A stretch of 63,564 nt of DNA, filler included, from Octopus bimaculoides (lineage: Eukaryota), in NCBI RefSeq assembly GCF_001194135.2. It is 4 parts of 4 records of this genome, joined end to end, with 100 filler letters (N's around TTAATTAATTAA, not from the genome) between each part and the next. Parts side by side here need not be neighbours in the genome. Positions count along the whole stretch, not along the records: positions 52,882 to 59,508 come from NC_068981.1; positions 59,609 to 63,564 come from NC_069004.1; 2 more parts are not named here. One strand, given 5' to 3'. This document shows positions 53,005-63,564 of this stretch, piece by piece (the first letter of the stretch is position 1; every line of letters begins with the position of its first letter). The notes beneath the pieces are model-generated. The model searched no databases, was not told where the DNA came from, and saw only the letters and a program-made list of their open reading frames with translations. The position numbers were made by a program, and so were the translations under genes.

Positions 53005-53295
53005 CATCATCATCATCATTATCATCATCATCATCTTCTAACATCCATTTTTCCATGCTGGCATGGGCTGGATGGTTTCACAGGCGCTGGCTAGCTGGGG
53101 TCTGTCCAGATTCCAATTGTCTGTTTGGTCAAGGTTTCGACATTTGGATGCCCTTCCTAAAGCCAACTGCTTTACAGAAAGTGCCGGGTGCTTTCTATGT
53201 GCCACCAGCATGGGTGCATTTACACAGCACTGGCACACATGTGTGTGTACATTTTACGTGCCACCAGCCTGAGTGCATTTTATGGGGCACTGGTA
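53005..53295 (-). mobile_element. SINE family C, diverged and longer copy
   Basis: (CAT)n, TTTCCATGCTGGCATGGG, GGATGCCCTTCCTAAAGCCAAC, and duplicated TGTGCCACCAGC tail motifs. Confidence 0.7.
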
Positions 53296-53764
53296 CCTGC
53301 AATGAACATGCGTATATATATATATATGGATGACTTAGCTTTAAGTGTCTTCTCAAATACAGCAAATTGCCACAACTCCCATTCCCTTATATGAATACAC
53401 ACACACATACGTATAATGGAATGTCAGTGAATTATATATCCGAAATAGAAGCACACACTAAACATGAGAGCAGTAATGTATTTATTGGAAGATAATTATA
53501 TGGCCAGTCATAGAGTGACCAATGGTTTTGCATTCATAAAGTAACCTTATACATGGCTTGTTGGAATCTAATGGGCCTTGGCCATTAGAGTCCGACAAGC
53601 TGTCTGTAAAGCTAAGCACTTTGTGGATGCAAAACCATTGGTCAATCTATGACTGGCCATATAATTATCTTCCAGTAAATACATTACTGCTCTCATGTTT
53701 AGTGCTTCTATTTCGGATATATGATTCACTGACGTTCCATTATACGTATGTATGTGTGTGTGTG

Positions 53765-53799
<35 letters not shown>

Positions 53800-54891
53800 C
53801 AAAAGGATGTGTTATAACACTATTCCACATATGCAAAAACAGCCATACCAACAATCCAACATACCTCCATCATCAGCTGCCCCATGGATATCATTATGGT
53901 TTCGACACCTGGGCAGTATCATTCAATCTGGCGGTGTAAACAGCACTAAAATAAGTGTTGTTTGGGAACAAAGAAACCACAACTTTCAAACACATTTACC
54001 TTACATACAACACCATCAGCATCATCATCATCATGGTTTAATGTCCGCTTTCCATGCTGGCATGGGTTGGATGTTTCTCTCCCTGTTTCTTTCTGTGTTC
54101 CTTTCCGTGGAAGAGCATAGGCTTGAAACGTTGAAGACTTTTTCACTTCCCGAGCGTTATACTAATACATCTGTTTGTTTTTGTCTTTGTCTTTTGTTTT
54201 TTTGTGAACTCTCCCTTGATATATATATATATATATATATATATAAATTCAATAATAGGACGAATTCTTTTACAAGAATTTATCAAGTAGCTAGCGTGAA
54301 AAAACCTCATAAGGGAAAAAATCCATCATTTATTCCCGAAATATATATTTATATTTATATAAGGGCATTACTATACAATAACGCCTCACGCCATGAGGGA
54401 CTCTAAGGTCAGACTACTATAAAAAACACATTTTTACNNNNNNNNNNNNNNNNNNNNNNNNNNNNNNNNNNNNNNNNNNNNNNNNNNNNNNNNNNNNNNN
54501 NNNNNNNNNNNNNNNNNNNNNNNNNNNNNNNNNNNNNNNNNNNNNNNNNNNNNNNNNNNNNNNNNNNNNNNNNNNNNNNNNNNNNNNNNNNNNATATATA
54601 TATATATATACGTATACATACACACACATGTAGACGTATACGATGATGTCAGTATCATCATAATCATTGTTGATGTTGTTATTCAGAACCACAGACATCA
54701 ATAGCAGGAGAGTTGCCAGTAGTGGCAGTGTTTCAGAATCATCAGCCACATTCTCTTCCACATCATCATCATCACAATCATTGTCACTTACATCCTCCTT
54801 CACTTGTCATAATCATCATTGTCATCACCATCATTGTTATCATCGCCACTGTTGTCATCGTTGTCATTATCGTCGTCATCCTCCTCTTCCG

Positions 54892-54922
<31 letters not shown>

Positions 54923-55150
54923 GTCGTAGTCGTCTTCTACCTGTTTTCCATGCTTGCACATGTTACGCAGGTATTCATCATCTTAGTCTTTCATGACCCT
55001 TATTTTTATATGCTGAAATGTTGAAGTCCCTTATTTTGCTATGCTGATATGTTGGATATATAATTTGACAAAGCAGGTGTTGGGGAAGGGGAAAGAATGT
55101 TTTACACAATTCAATATGATTACTATTACATGAGACTCAACGCTCTACAT

Positions 55151-55425
55151 CAGTGGTTCCCAAAGTGGGCGGTATTACCCTCCTGGGGGTGGTAGAAAGT
55201 TCCAAGGGGGCATTGAAGAAAAATGGGATGATAATGGGGGAGAGATTCATGTAAAAACAACAAAATAAAGGGTTCATTAGGTTAAGTTTTATTTGTGAAA
55301 TACAGTTGCTTTGAATTTGCTTCAGAAAGAGGTCCATGTTTGTGATGCTTAGTTGGGATGGGGGCGCTAGGAATGTGGCCTGGGTGTCAAGGGGGCAGTG
55401 ACCTGAAAAAGTTTGTGAACCACTG
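55151..55425. mobile_element. hAT-Charlie-like MITE
   Basis: TIRs CAGTGGTTCCCAAAGT / AGTTTGTGAACCACTG; no TSD visible. Confidence 0.65.
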
Positions 55426-55539
55426 CAGCAGCAGCTCACAGGGAACTGCTTACCAACCTGAACTGCTGACAACCCAACAGTTGTTTATTTAATAGAAATG
55501 TCTCAGTCCCCTTTTAGTCACATGGGGGTGGTCAGAATC

Positions 55540-55700
55540 CTTCCACAACACTTACCATCTCCTTCTTGAGCTCCACTCTCTTTGAGATCAACCTCCACTA
55601 CTTCTTTGGACTTCCTCCCCAGGCTCCTTCTGTCTCATTTTATCTTCGACACTTCTTCACCCAGCTCTCATCCTACACATGCATCATCATATAACCCTGT
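55540..55700 (-). mobile_element. RTE-clade LINE 3' fragment
   Basis: Minus-strand remnants DESWVKKCR... and EVV..DL, resembling RTE C-termini; frameshifted. Confidence 0.35.
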
Positions 55701-56249
55701 CAGTACAATCTTTTCTCTTACACTCTACAACTGATTCTTCATTGGTTCATTATCTCTCTCCCCTCACCTCTACTTCATTGTTCACACATACACACATGTT
55801 AACATTAGCTGATATTACACATTCAGTGGAGTATACTTTCTGACAATCTTATATAAACTAATCTAAATATACTTAGTGACATTAAAAGATTTGATAATCT
55901 AATTTTCAATCTTAAATGGGTGGGGTTTTTTTGGTTCATTATTTGATAACAAAATGAGGTGAGAGCCTCTTGTTATTGTTAAACTTTGCAATATCTAATA
56001 ACATAAGCTGATGTTTTTTGTTGTTCTTCTTCTTTCTTTTAAGGGTGTTATATTTATCTATCCATTCTTTTGCAAAATAAAACAGAAAGTATGTTTCAAA
56101 AGTATAAAAGATTAAATTATTGAAAAATTAAGGCAATATTTTGCTTTAGAAAATTACAAGTAAAATCAGAAATCAACCACTGAAACAACACCCTCCATGT
56201 AGTTCAGTTTAGTATTTCTTCTCCATCCATGTGTATCAATGCATCTCAC

Positions 56250-56356
56250 AAGCGAATGTGGGAATCTCTTTACGGTTGTTTGAGTTGCTGGTTATTTCCA
56301 CAACTGCTAGATGTTCCCAGAAATCAGCTAGATTTTCCCAAACCACACCCTGCTGT
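56250..56356 (-). CDS. Candidate internal exon (unidentified gene)
   Basis: Acceptor CATCTTTCTTTTTATTAG, donor GTGAGA; 107 nt, phase 2-1, QQGVVWENLADFWEHLAVVEITSNSNNRKEIPTFA; lies outside obvious repeats. Confidence 0.4.
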
Positions 56357-56760
56357 CTAATAAAAAGAAAGATGCATTAGATAACGTCTAAAATAAACAA
56401 ACGTATATAAATAAAATGGATAATAAAAGAATAAAAAACAAAAGCAGGATGGTCACAGCTGGAACTCCTTTGATTATAGATTTGTTCAATCAGGATTGAT
56501 CCAAGACTAAGCAACCAAGACATCGAAAGGTGAAGTACATATTGAATAATGGCATCGTCAATGTAAATCACCTGGAAAAAAAAAAAGGAAAAAACTGATT
56601 GAATGGTCATCATTGGAATACTTTTGATCAGAGATTTGGTCTATTCAAACAGGGATGACCCATGGTGAAACAAACACAAAAATAACAACAATAGTCAATG
56701 TGCTTCACATTGTGATTTTTTTTTTTTACAGTTTTGGCTTTTATCAAATTTTGGATATTT

Positions 56761-57029
56761 ATTGCAGCGTGGAAGGTGTTTATAAGCCATTTAAGAAACA
56801 CACCAAAACCGTTAGATTCACTTCAACATTTACATTCAATTTGTCAAAATATTTTTGTTGCTTTGAGACCGTGCCTGTTCACTGTCAAAATTCCGTGCTG
56901 CATCTCAGTGAACAGGTTGCGGTCTCAAAGCGATGAAAATATTTTGGCAAATTAGATTTAAATGTTGAAGTGAATCTAACGGTTTTTGTGTGTTTCTTAA
57001 TGGCTTATAAACACCTTCCATGCTGCAAT
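56761..57029. repeat. Long palindrome (~124-bp arms, ~21-nt loop), probable MITE
   Basis: ATTGCAGCGTGGAAGGTGTTTATAAGCCATT...CCTGTTCACTG / CAGTGAACAGG...AATGGCTTATAAACACCTTCCATGCTGCAAT. Confidence 0.85.
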
Positions 57030-57112
57030 TGTTTTCGTTCCAGGACACGATCTCAGATCAGGTCACGTGCTATGCAAGTACATCTGGATATATATTTATT
57101 TATGACTATTAG

Positions 57113-57415
57113 CTCCTGTTCGGTAGTGATAGGCTCCTTATCTGGGGTGCCTCCTGCTATGACACTATCTCCAGCAGCATCTTGGTGTGTTCAGCTACCA
57201 GCCCAGTCTCTACTGATCAACAGTCTGAGAAACTGTCATGGTATCAGTTGCTTTCTGACAGGTTTATAGTCAAGCCTGTGGCCATGGAGACCTCTAGTAT
57301 TCTTGGCTGCTCACCACTACTGGGGTGGAGATGGCTATCTGCAAGTCTGGGCCTATGAGCCAGAGTGTTCCACGTCAACCTTGGGACCAATGCCCTTTCT
57401 GCTTGGACCATGAGG
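57113..57415 (+). mobile_element. CRE-like RLE retrotransposon 3' fragment
   Basis: LLIWGASCYDTISSSILVCSATSP...KLSWYQLLSDRFIVKPVAMETSSILG fits the CRE pattern L.WDATC.DT...S....SA..P...K..KY..L.DRF.FEPVA.ETSG..G. Confidence 0.6.
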
Positions 57416-58002
57416 TGGTATGAAATACAGAAAATTTTACTTTTACCTGCTAATTAAACAGCTGTATCAGTTAATTGAAGTTAATTGTCATTCTACAAGC
57501 TCTATTTTTGTTTGTTTTGATACTCATTAACCTCTGTGATGTTGTTTACCAAACTTTGATAGACATCACTTAAACTCCTTGTTATTATTGATTAATTTTT
57601 TCAACTAACTATATCTTTCATTATTATTACCTTAACAAAGGTGGAGGTATTGTTTACAGCCATGACTGTTTGTTTGTCCATGGGCAAGATATCTCAAGAA
57701 CCACTGGATAGATTCAAATGAAACTTTCAAGGATGTTTGGCCTCATGACTGGCATGAACTGGGTAGAGTTTGAGATCGATCCAGTACTGGGCGAAGATTC
57801 TGGATTATTTTCCCGTTTTTATTTTTACTTAATTTTTGGGAACGGTCGGGTTCATTTTTAGTATTCTCGTTTGTGGGAGCAGTCAAGTTTATTTCAGATA
57901 TTCTCATTTAAAAAATCATCTCTGGCTAATTCTTGAGAGGACGTTGGTGTTGCCTTGGCAGAGGTTTGCGCTCTCTGAATGCTCTTGTTATAAGATGTGA
58001 TA

Positions 58003-58220
58003 AGGCAGTGAGCTGGCAGAATTGTTAGGATGCTGGGTGAAATGCTTAGTGGTCTTTTGTCTGTCTTTATGTTCTGAGTTCAAATTCCACCGAGGTTGAC
58101 TTTGCTTTCATCCTTTTAGGGTAAATAAATTAAGTACCAGTGAGACACTGGGGTCAATGTAATCGACTAGTTCCTTCACCGCAAATTCCAGGCCTTGTGC
58201 TTATAGTAGAAAGGATTATT
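58003..58220 (+). mobile_element. SINE family A, CpG-decayed copy
   Basis: GGCAGTGAGCTGGCAGAATTGTTAGGATGCTGGGTGAAATGCTTAGTGG...GAGGTTGACTTTG: consensus CpG sites read TG/CA. Confidence 0.85.
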
Positions 58221-58404
58221 AAAGATGCGATGGCATAATACCCATAATCTTTGTAGACCTATACTGTCTGGTAAGATCAATGAAGCTGATGCTGAGTTTT
58301 TTCAAACTTCTCTAAGTTGATATCTGTAGTTATAAAGTGGGTAGGAAGAAAATTCCAGAGAATTCCAGAGAATTCCTTTTCCATATATATTTATTTTTAC
58401 TTTA

Positions 58405-58725
58405 GATATGAAGTCGATTGATCTGGATGTCCTGAGATGGGAGGAGGTTGCAAATGATCGCTCACACTGGAGGCAAATACTGTGAAAGGGAATGAAGAGA
58501 GTGGAAGAAAAACAGATACTCGCCATCAAAGGAAAGCGCACTAAACAGAAGGAAAAATCATCAGCACCGGCAGAGAGCTCCTTCACATGCAATTGCTGTA
58601 TGCGTGACTGTCCCGCCTGTGTGGGCCTGTACAGCTACAACAGATGCTGCACCACCATCAACAGTTGACATGATTTCTTTGGATGCAGATCCGTGGCCTC
58701 TCGAAACCAATGGATGCCTAATACT
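58405..58725 (+). mobile_element. RTE-clade LINE 3' end (5'-truncated)
   Basis: DMKSIDLDVLRWEEVANDRSHWRQIL*KGMKRVEEK...FTCNCCMRDCPACVGLYSYNRCCTTINS* (stop 58666-58668), then an RTE-like tail GTGGCCTCTCGAAACCAATGGATGCCTA. Confidence 0.75.
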
Positions 58726-58971
58726 TTAGTTCTACAATGAACTATTTTAACTTTTATCTTTTCTTTCTTTCAGTCATTAGACTGCAGACATGCTGGAGCA
58801 CCACCTTGAAGAATTTTAGTTGAATGTATCAACCCCAGTACATATTTTTAAAGCTTGGGACTTTTTTTATTTACCTCTTTTGCTGAGCCACAAGTTTATG
58901 GGGATGTAAACACACCAGCACTGGCTGGTTGTCAAGTGACAGTGGGGGAAAAACACAGACACAGAGAAACA

Positions 58972-59131
58972 TCATCATCATCATCATCATCATCATCGTT
59001 TAACGTCCGCTTTCCATGCTAGCATGGGTTGGACGATTTGTCTGAGGACTGGTGAAACCGGATGGCAACACCAGGCTCCAATCTAATTTGGCAGAGTTTC
59101 TACAGCTGGATGCCCTTCCTAACGCCAACCA
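58972..59131 (-). mobile_element. SINE family C
   Basis: Near-identical to 26392-26540. Confidence 0.85.
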
Positions 59132-59222
59132 TGCATCTACATATCGTACTTTGGGGTCTTATTTATCATATATTTATATATATATCTATAAATATACAAA
59201 GTATCTGATAAAAGTCAATATT

Positions 59223-59496
59223 AATTCAATTTTCAGGGATTAATTGATATGTGGGTATTCTATTTCAGGTAATACAAAAATAACCTAATGAGTATATCTG
59301 AAAGTAAACTAATGGTATCAGTTTGCACATCATGAAATAATGCTTAAAGGATATAACCAAAATTACCAGTAATGTCCTTTAAGTATTATTTCGTGATGTG
59401 CAAACTGATAACCTGGGTTTACTGACAGATATACTCATTAGGTTATTTTTGTATTATCTGAAATAGAATACCCGCATATCCCACCAAAATTGAATT
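59223..59496. repeat. Long AT-rich palindrome (~110-125-bp arms, ~20-nt loop), probable MITE
   Basis: GATATGTGGGTATTCTATTTCAGGTAATACAAAAATAACCTAATGAGTATATCTG... / ...CAGATATACTCATTAGGTTATTTTTGTATTATCTGAAATAGAATACCCGCATATC. Confidence 0.85.
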
Positions 59497-59628
59497 TATA
59501 TATATATANNNNNNNNNNNNNNNNNNNNNNNNNNNNNNNNNNNNNNNNNNNNTTAATTAATTAANNNNNNNNNNNNNNNNNNNNNNNNNNNNNNNNNNNN
59601 NNNNNNNNGCTGGTTCACAGAGGCGTTT

Positions 59629-59815
59629 CCTTAGAATCAGATACCAGCGGGAAAGGATCAAGAGGCTTGAACATTTGTCATCTGTGCGGTAGACCTTGTC
59701 GCTCAGCAGCCGGACTTCAAAGTCACTTGAGGGCTCAGCAACGGAGGGATTGTACTGCGTGATGATATGTGTGGATTGTTGATGGGATGGCTATCGTCTG
59801 TCAAGATGGAGCGGT
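59629..59815 (+). mobile_element. Second RTE-type LINE 3' end
   Basis: CHLCGRPCRSAAGLQSHLRAQQRRDCTA* zinc-finger-like C-terminus, then an ATCGTCTGTCAAGATGGAGCGG tail. Confidence 0.55.
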
Positions 59816-60152
59816 CGTCATGTGCGTGTGTATGTATGCGTGTATGTATGTGTGTGTATGTATGTATGTATGTATGTATGTATGTATGTATTCATGTGTG
59901 TGTGACTTTGTCTCTGAACCCCACCATCGCTTGACAAGTGATATTAGTGTGTTTAATGTCTCCGTAACTTAGCGGTTCTGCAAAAGAGACCGATAGGATA
60001 AGTATTAGGCTTACAAAGAATAAATCCTGGAGTCGATTTCTTCGATTAAGAAAACCTATAAGGCAATGCTCCAGCATGGCTGCAGTTAAAATGACAAAAT
60101 AAATGAAATAATGCTTTGTGAAATAAACTAAAATATTGATATGTGATTTCAG

Positions 60153-60277
60153 CGTTTGATAAGATCGGTTCAGAATCTCACAGCTAAGCTTAAGACAGCT
60201 AAAACACAGAAGAAACAAGATGACAGGGATATTCGCGAACTTGTTGATTTGGTTAGATTCCAAGACAGCGATCTAAT
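60153..60277 (+). CDS. Internal coding exon of an unidentified coiled-coil protein
   Basis: Acceptor GATTTCAG, donor GTAAGT; 125 nt, phase 0-2: RLIRSVQNLTAKLKTAKTQKKQDDRDIRELVDLVRFQDSDL(at); splices in frame to 61921. Confidence 0.8.
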
Positions 60278-60345
60278 GTAAGTACAAATATTATAGGATA
60301 AGGCTTCCATTAGTCAATGTTAAACATTCAGCTGCACATAGGTTC

Positions 60346-60767
60346 AGGCGTGGTTGTGTGGAAAGAAGTTTGCTTCCCAACCACATGGTTCCGGGTTCAG
60401 TCCCACTACATGGCACCTTGGGCAAGTGTCTTCTACTATAGCCTCGAGCCGACCAAAGCTTTGTGAGTGGATTTGGAAGACCGAAACTGAAAGAATCCTA
60501 CTGTATATGTTTGTGCGTATACATATATATGTATATCTATGTGTGTGTGTGTGTGTCTTTGTGTCTGCGTTTGTCCTCCACCATCTCCTGTTGGTGTGTT
60601 TATGTCCCCATAACTTAGTGGTTCAGCAAAAGAGACCAATGGAATAAGTACCAGGCTTTAAAAACTTAAAGTACTGGGGTCAATTTGTTCGACTAAAATT
60701 CTTCAAGGCGATGCTCTAGCACGGACGCAGTGTAATGACTGAAAGAAGCAGAAGATAAAAAATAAAG
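60346..60767 (+). mobile_element. SINE family D (intronic)
   Basis: GGCGTGGTTGTGTGG...GGTTCCGGGTTCAGTCCCAC..GGCACCTTGGGCAAGTGTCTTCTACTATAGCC... Confidence 0.85.
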
Positions 60768-61078
60768 TTACATATGAAAGCCTGGGGAAAATTTTTTGAA
60801 TGAAGTCAATAGTTGCCCATGGGTGCAAGTTTTCCTTTTCCATACTATTTATGTTTATTCAAAGAAAAGGCGGTACTGCTTGGCACCAGTGTTGTCAAAA
60901 CATAAAGACCTGAAGCCAACAACACCACAAGGCAGCACTTCTAATCCTCGAACAGTTCTGCTGATCTCCCCATCCTCAGTTGCTACTTTTTATATCAACC
61001 CTGTACAGCACTGGATTCGATCCCGCATTTTGCCACATAGAAATCGCAATTCAATCATGCGCGCTACCAAGCTTCTTA

Positions 61079-61305
61079 TTTCCTTATTGCCCACGAGGAG
61101 GCTAAACATAGAGGGGCCAAACAAGGACAGACAAACGGATTAAGTCGATTACATCGACCCCAGTGCGTAACTGGTACTTAATTTATCGACCCCGAAAGGA
61201 TGAAAGGCAAAGTCGACCTCGGCGGAATTTGAACTCAGAACGTAACGGCAGACGAAACACTGCTAAGCATTTCGCCCGGGGTGCTAACGCTTCTGCCAGC
61301 TCGCC
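61079..61305 (-). mobile_element. SINE family A, young copy (intronic)
   Basis: 16-bp TSD GCTACCAAGCTTCTTA at 61063-61078 and 61306-61321. Confidence 0.92.
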
Positions 61306-61389
61306 GCTACCAAGCTTCTTACCACACAGCAACTCCTACGCCTGTATGTCCACCTTTTCTTTTCAAGATAACAGTATGTGTTTTTAACT

Positions 61390-61576
61390 CTTTTCCTTCA
61401 TCTTTTACTTGTTTCAGTCATTAGAATGTGGCCATGCTGAGGCACCAAGCAGTGCATTTTTTTTAAGGCTTTTACGGTGCTTATTTCATCAGTCTCTTTT
61501 GATTTACTGCTAAGTTGTGAGGGTGCAAACACTGCAACACCGTTGCCGGCAGTTGAGCAGGACGGGATCACAACCA

Positions 61577-61642
<66 letters not shown>

Positions 61643-61780
61643 AAAGGCTTCGTTCAATTCCCGTCTACCGAATACACTCACAAGTCTCTGGTCAGCCCGA
61701 GGATAAAGTAGAAGACACTTTCCCAAGATACCATGCAGTGAGACTGAACCCAGAACCATGTGATTGGGAAATAAAGACAG
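61390..61780 (-). mobile_element. SINE family D with expanded (CA)n (intronic)
   Basis: Homologous to 25558-25958. Confidence 0.8.
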
Positions 61781-61920
61781 AATATCATACTTTGACCATT
61801 GGTTTGATGGATCAAGCCTGACCTCAGACAAAGCAACAACAACCTCATTTGCTGGTTTTACTGTTCTGACGCTTACTCTCACAGGCTTCCATTCATTTGT
61901 AAATTATGATTTCATTACAG

Positions 61921-62059
61921 TGATCCTGATGACACTGATGACCTCCTCAAGAAATCTATAGCTGCATTGAGATCAACTTTGGAGGGAAAAAACAAATACA
62001 TCGCTGATTTGGAGGCAGAACTCACACAGTGTTTAAGAGGTGAAGAAAACAGAGAAAAG
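61921..62059 (+). CDS. Internal coding exon of the same coiled-coil protein
   Basis: Acceptor GATTTCATTACAG, donor GTTAGT; 139 nt, phase 2-0: (I)DPDDTDDLLKKSIAALRSTLEGKNKYIADLEAELTQCLRGEENREK. Confidence 0.8.
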
Positions 62060-62125
62060 GTTAGTGGTTAATAGATGTATGTATGTATGTATGTATGTAT
62101 GTATATACATACATACATTATGTGT

Positions 62126-62506
62126 GGAGGCGCAATGGCCTAGTGATTACGACAACGGACTCGCGGTCATAGGATCGCGGTTTCGATTCCCAGACCGGGC
62201 GTTGTGAGTGTTTATTGAGCGAAAACACCTAAAGTGCCACGAGGCTCCGGCAGGGGATGGTGGCGAACCCTGCTGTACTCTTTCACCACAACTTTCTCTC
62301 ACTTTTACTTCCTGTTTCTGTTGTGCCTGTAATTCAAAGGGTCAGCCTTGTCACACTGTGTCACGCTGAATATCCCCGAGAACTACGTTAAGGGTACACG
62401 TGTCTGTGGAGTGCTCAGCCGCTTGCACGTTAATTTCACGAGCAGGCTGTTCCGTTGATCGGATCAACTGGAACCCTCGACGTTGTAAGCGACGGAGTGC
62501 CAACAA
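62126..62506 (+). mobile_element. SINE family B, full length, within a (TATG)n tract
   Basis: Very similar to 42143-42530; short ATTATGT duplication at the ends. Confidence 0.9.
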
Positions 62507-62930
62507 TGTATTATGTATGTATGTATGTTTGTATGTATATTTGTATGTATGTTTGTATGTATATTTGTATGTATGTATGTATGTATGTATTATTTTTGTA
62601 TGTATGTTTGTATGTATGTATGTATGTATGCATACATGCATGTATGTATGTACGTACGTATGTATGTATGTATGTATGTATGTACGTACGTACGTATGTA
62701 TGTATGTATGTATGTACGTATGTATGTATGTATGTATATATGTGCGTTTGTATGTATGTATGTACGTATGTATGTATGTATGTACGCATGTATGTATGTA
62801 TGTACGTATGTATGTATGTACGTATGTATGTATGTTTGCATGTGTGTATGTATGTACGTATGTATGCACGTATGTATGTATGTATGTACACATGTATGTA
62901 CGTATGTATGTATGTTTGTATGTACGTATG
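62507..62930. repeat. (TATG)n microsatellite with TACG/TTTG variants
   Basis: Direct reading; source of the MYVC/HTYI ORFs. Confidence 0.95.
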
Positions 62931-63184
62931 AATATCTAATGACACAACTAATAGTGTGTATAAAGTATCAATGCCAGGGTTAAGATTTCCAGTATAGATC
63001 AGCGTAGATTTTTTGCGTTTCCGTCCCACAGTTGGTATTTTTCTCATTGTAAACGGCACACAATGGCCAAGAGGTATCCAATTCATGTTGGCAACTACTG
63101 CAGCATTGTGTTTTTAAGAATGGGGAGGTTGCGGTTATTCATCCATACATTTAGGTAAAGTGTGGTTATTAATTTAATCAACGA

Positions 63185-63564
63185 TTACTCTAATTCATGC
63201 CTACTGTATTGTGCAAAAGTGCATTTAGTAGCATGCAAGCATCTTGACAGCCTTTCAGAAATCCTATTAATGGTCCAGAAAGTGGACAGCAATTCCTCAG
63301 AGCACAATCTGCATCTCCTGGAAAGGACATTGTACGGTTGTGCATGTCTTATTATGGACCATGTGAGATCATATTTAGCCTTATCCTCTATAAGTCTAAA
63401 TCAGCCACAGATGTCGAGTCCCTCTTGTTGATTTTACTGAAGCTAGCTACATGGCTTCGATATCGGTTCTTGAACGAATCCGCCGTTGCACCAATGTAAA
63501 CGTACGATCCTTCCCTTGTGTGCACGCTGCACTTATATACAATATTGGTAATCATACAGAGGTT
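63185..63564 (-). mobile_element. Penelope-like element, C-terminal GIY-YIG endonuclease (decayed), runs off the window end
   Basis: NLCMITNIVYKCSVHTREGSYVYIGATADSFKNRYRSHVASF...STS (frameshift) YDLTWSIIRHAQPYNVLSRRCRLCSEE...INRISERLSRCLHATK: VY..YIG motif with catalytic-type R and E. Confidence 0.8.

Noticed and set aside
60850-60905. KAVLLGTSVVKT* resembling an R4/Dong C-terminus
   Set aside because: Too short, and the upstream motifs are not recognisable.

Overview
AT-rich, microsatellite- and transposon-dense eukaryotic DNA from a gapped short-read-style assembly (many N runs). It is not prokaryotic, and I see no operons, CRISPR arrays or rRNA. The tRNA-headed SINE families resemble those I recall from Octopus (cephalopod) genomes; this is recognition, not a database match. 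Almost every ORF in the supplied track is a microsatellite or gap artefact. The real protein-like signals were mostly missed by the track. (1) Two phase-compatible GT-AG exons of an unidentified + strand coiled-coil gene at 60153-60277 and 61921-62059. (2) A decayed Tol2-like hAT transposase, probably intron-containing, at 31.4-34.3 kb. (3) Relics of many retroelement clades: Tx1/L1, R4/Dong x2, HERO, CRE, RTE x3 and Penelope GIY-YIG. The most intriguing observation is a 5'-truncated, stop-free Tx1/L1-type ORF2 segment joined directly to a (TTAGGG)n tract at the window start, which suggests either a telomeric-repeat-targeting LINE or telomerase healing. SINE copies also show a regional CpG-decay pattern (about 14-25 kb, and around 58 kb) that may mark methylated gene bodies with hidden small exons. 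There are several MITE/foldback hairpin elements. SINE families are labelled A-E by me for convenience. Many element boundaries are approximate (+/-10-20 bp).
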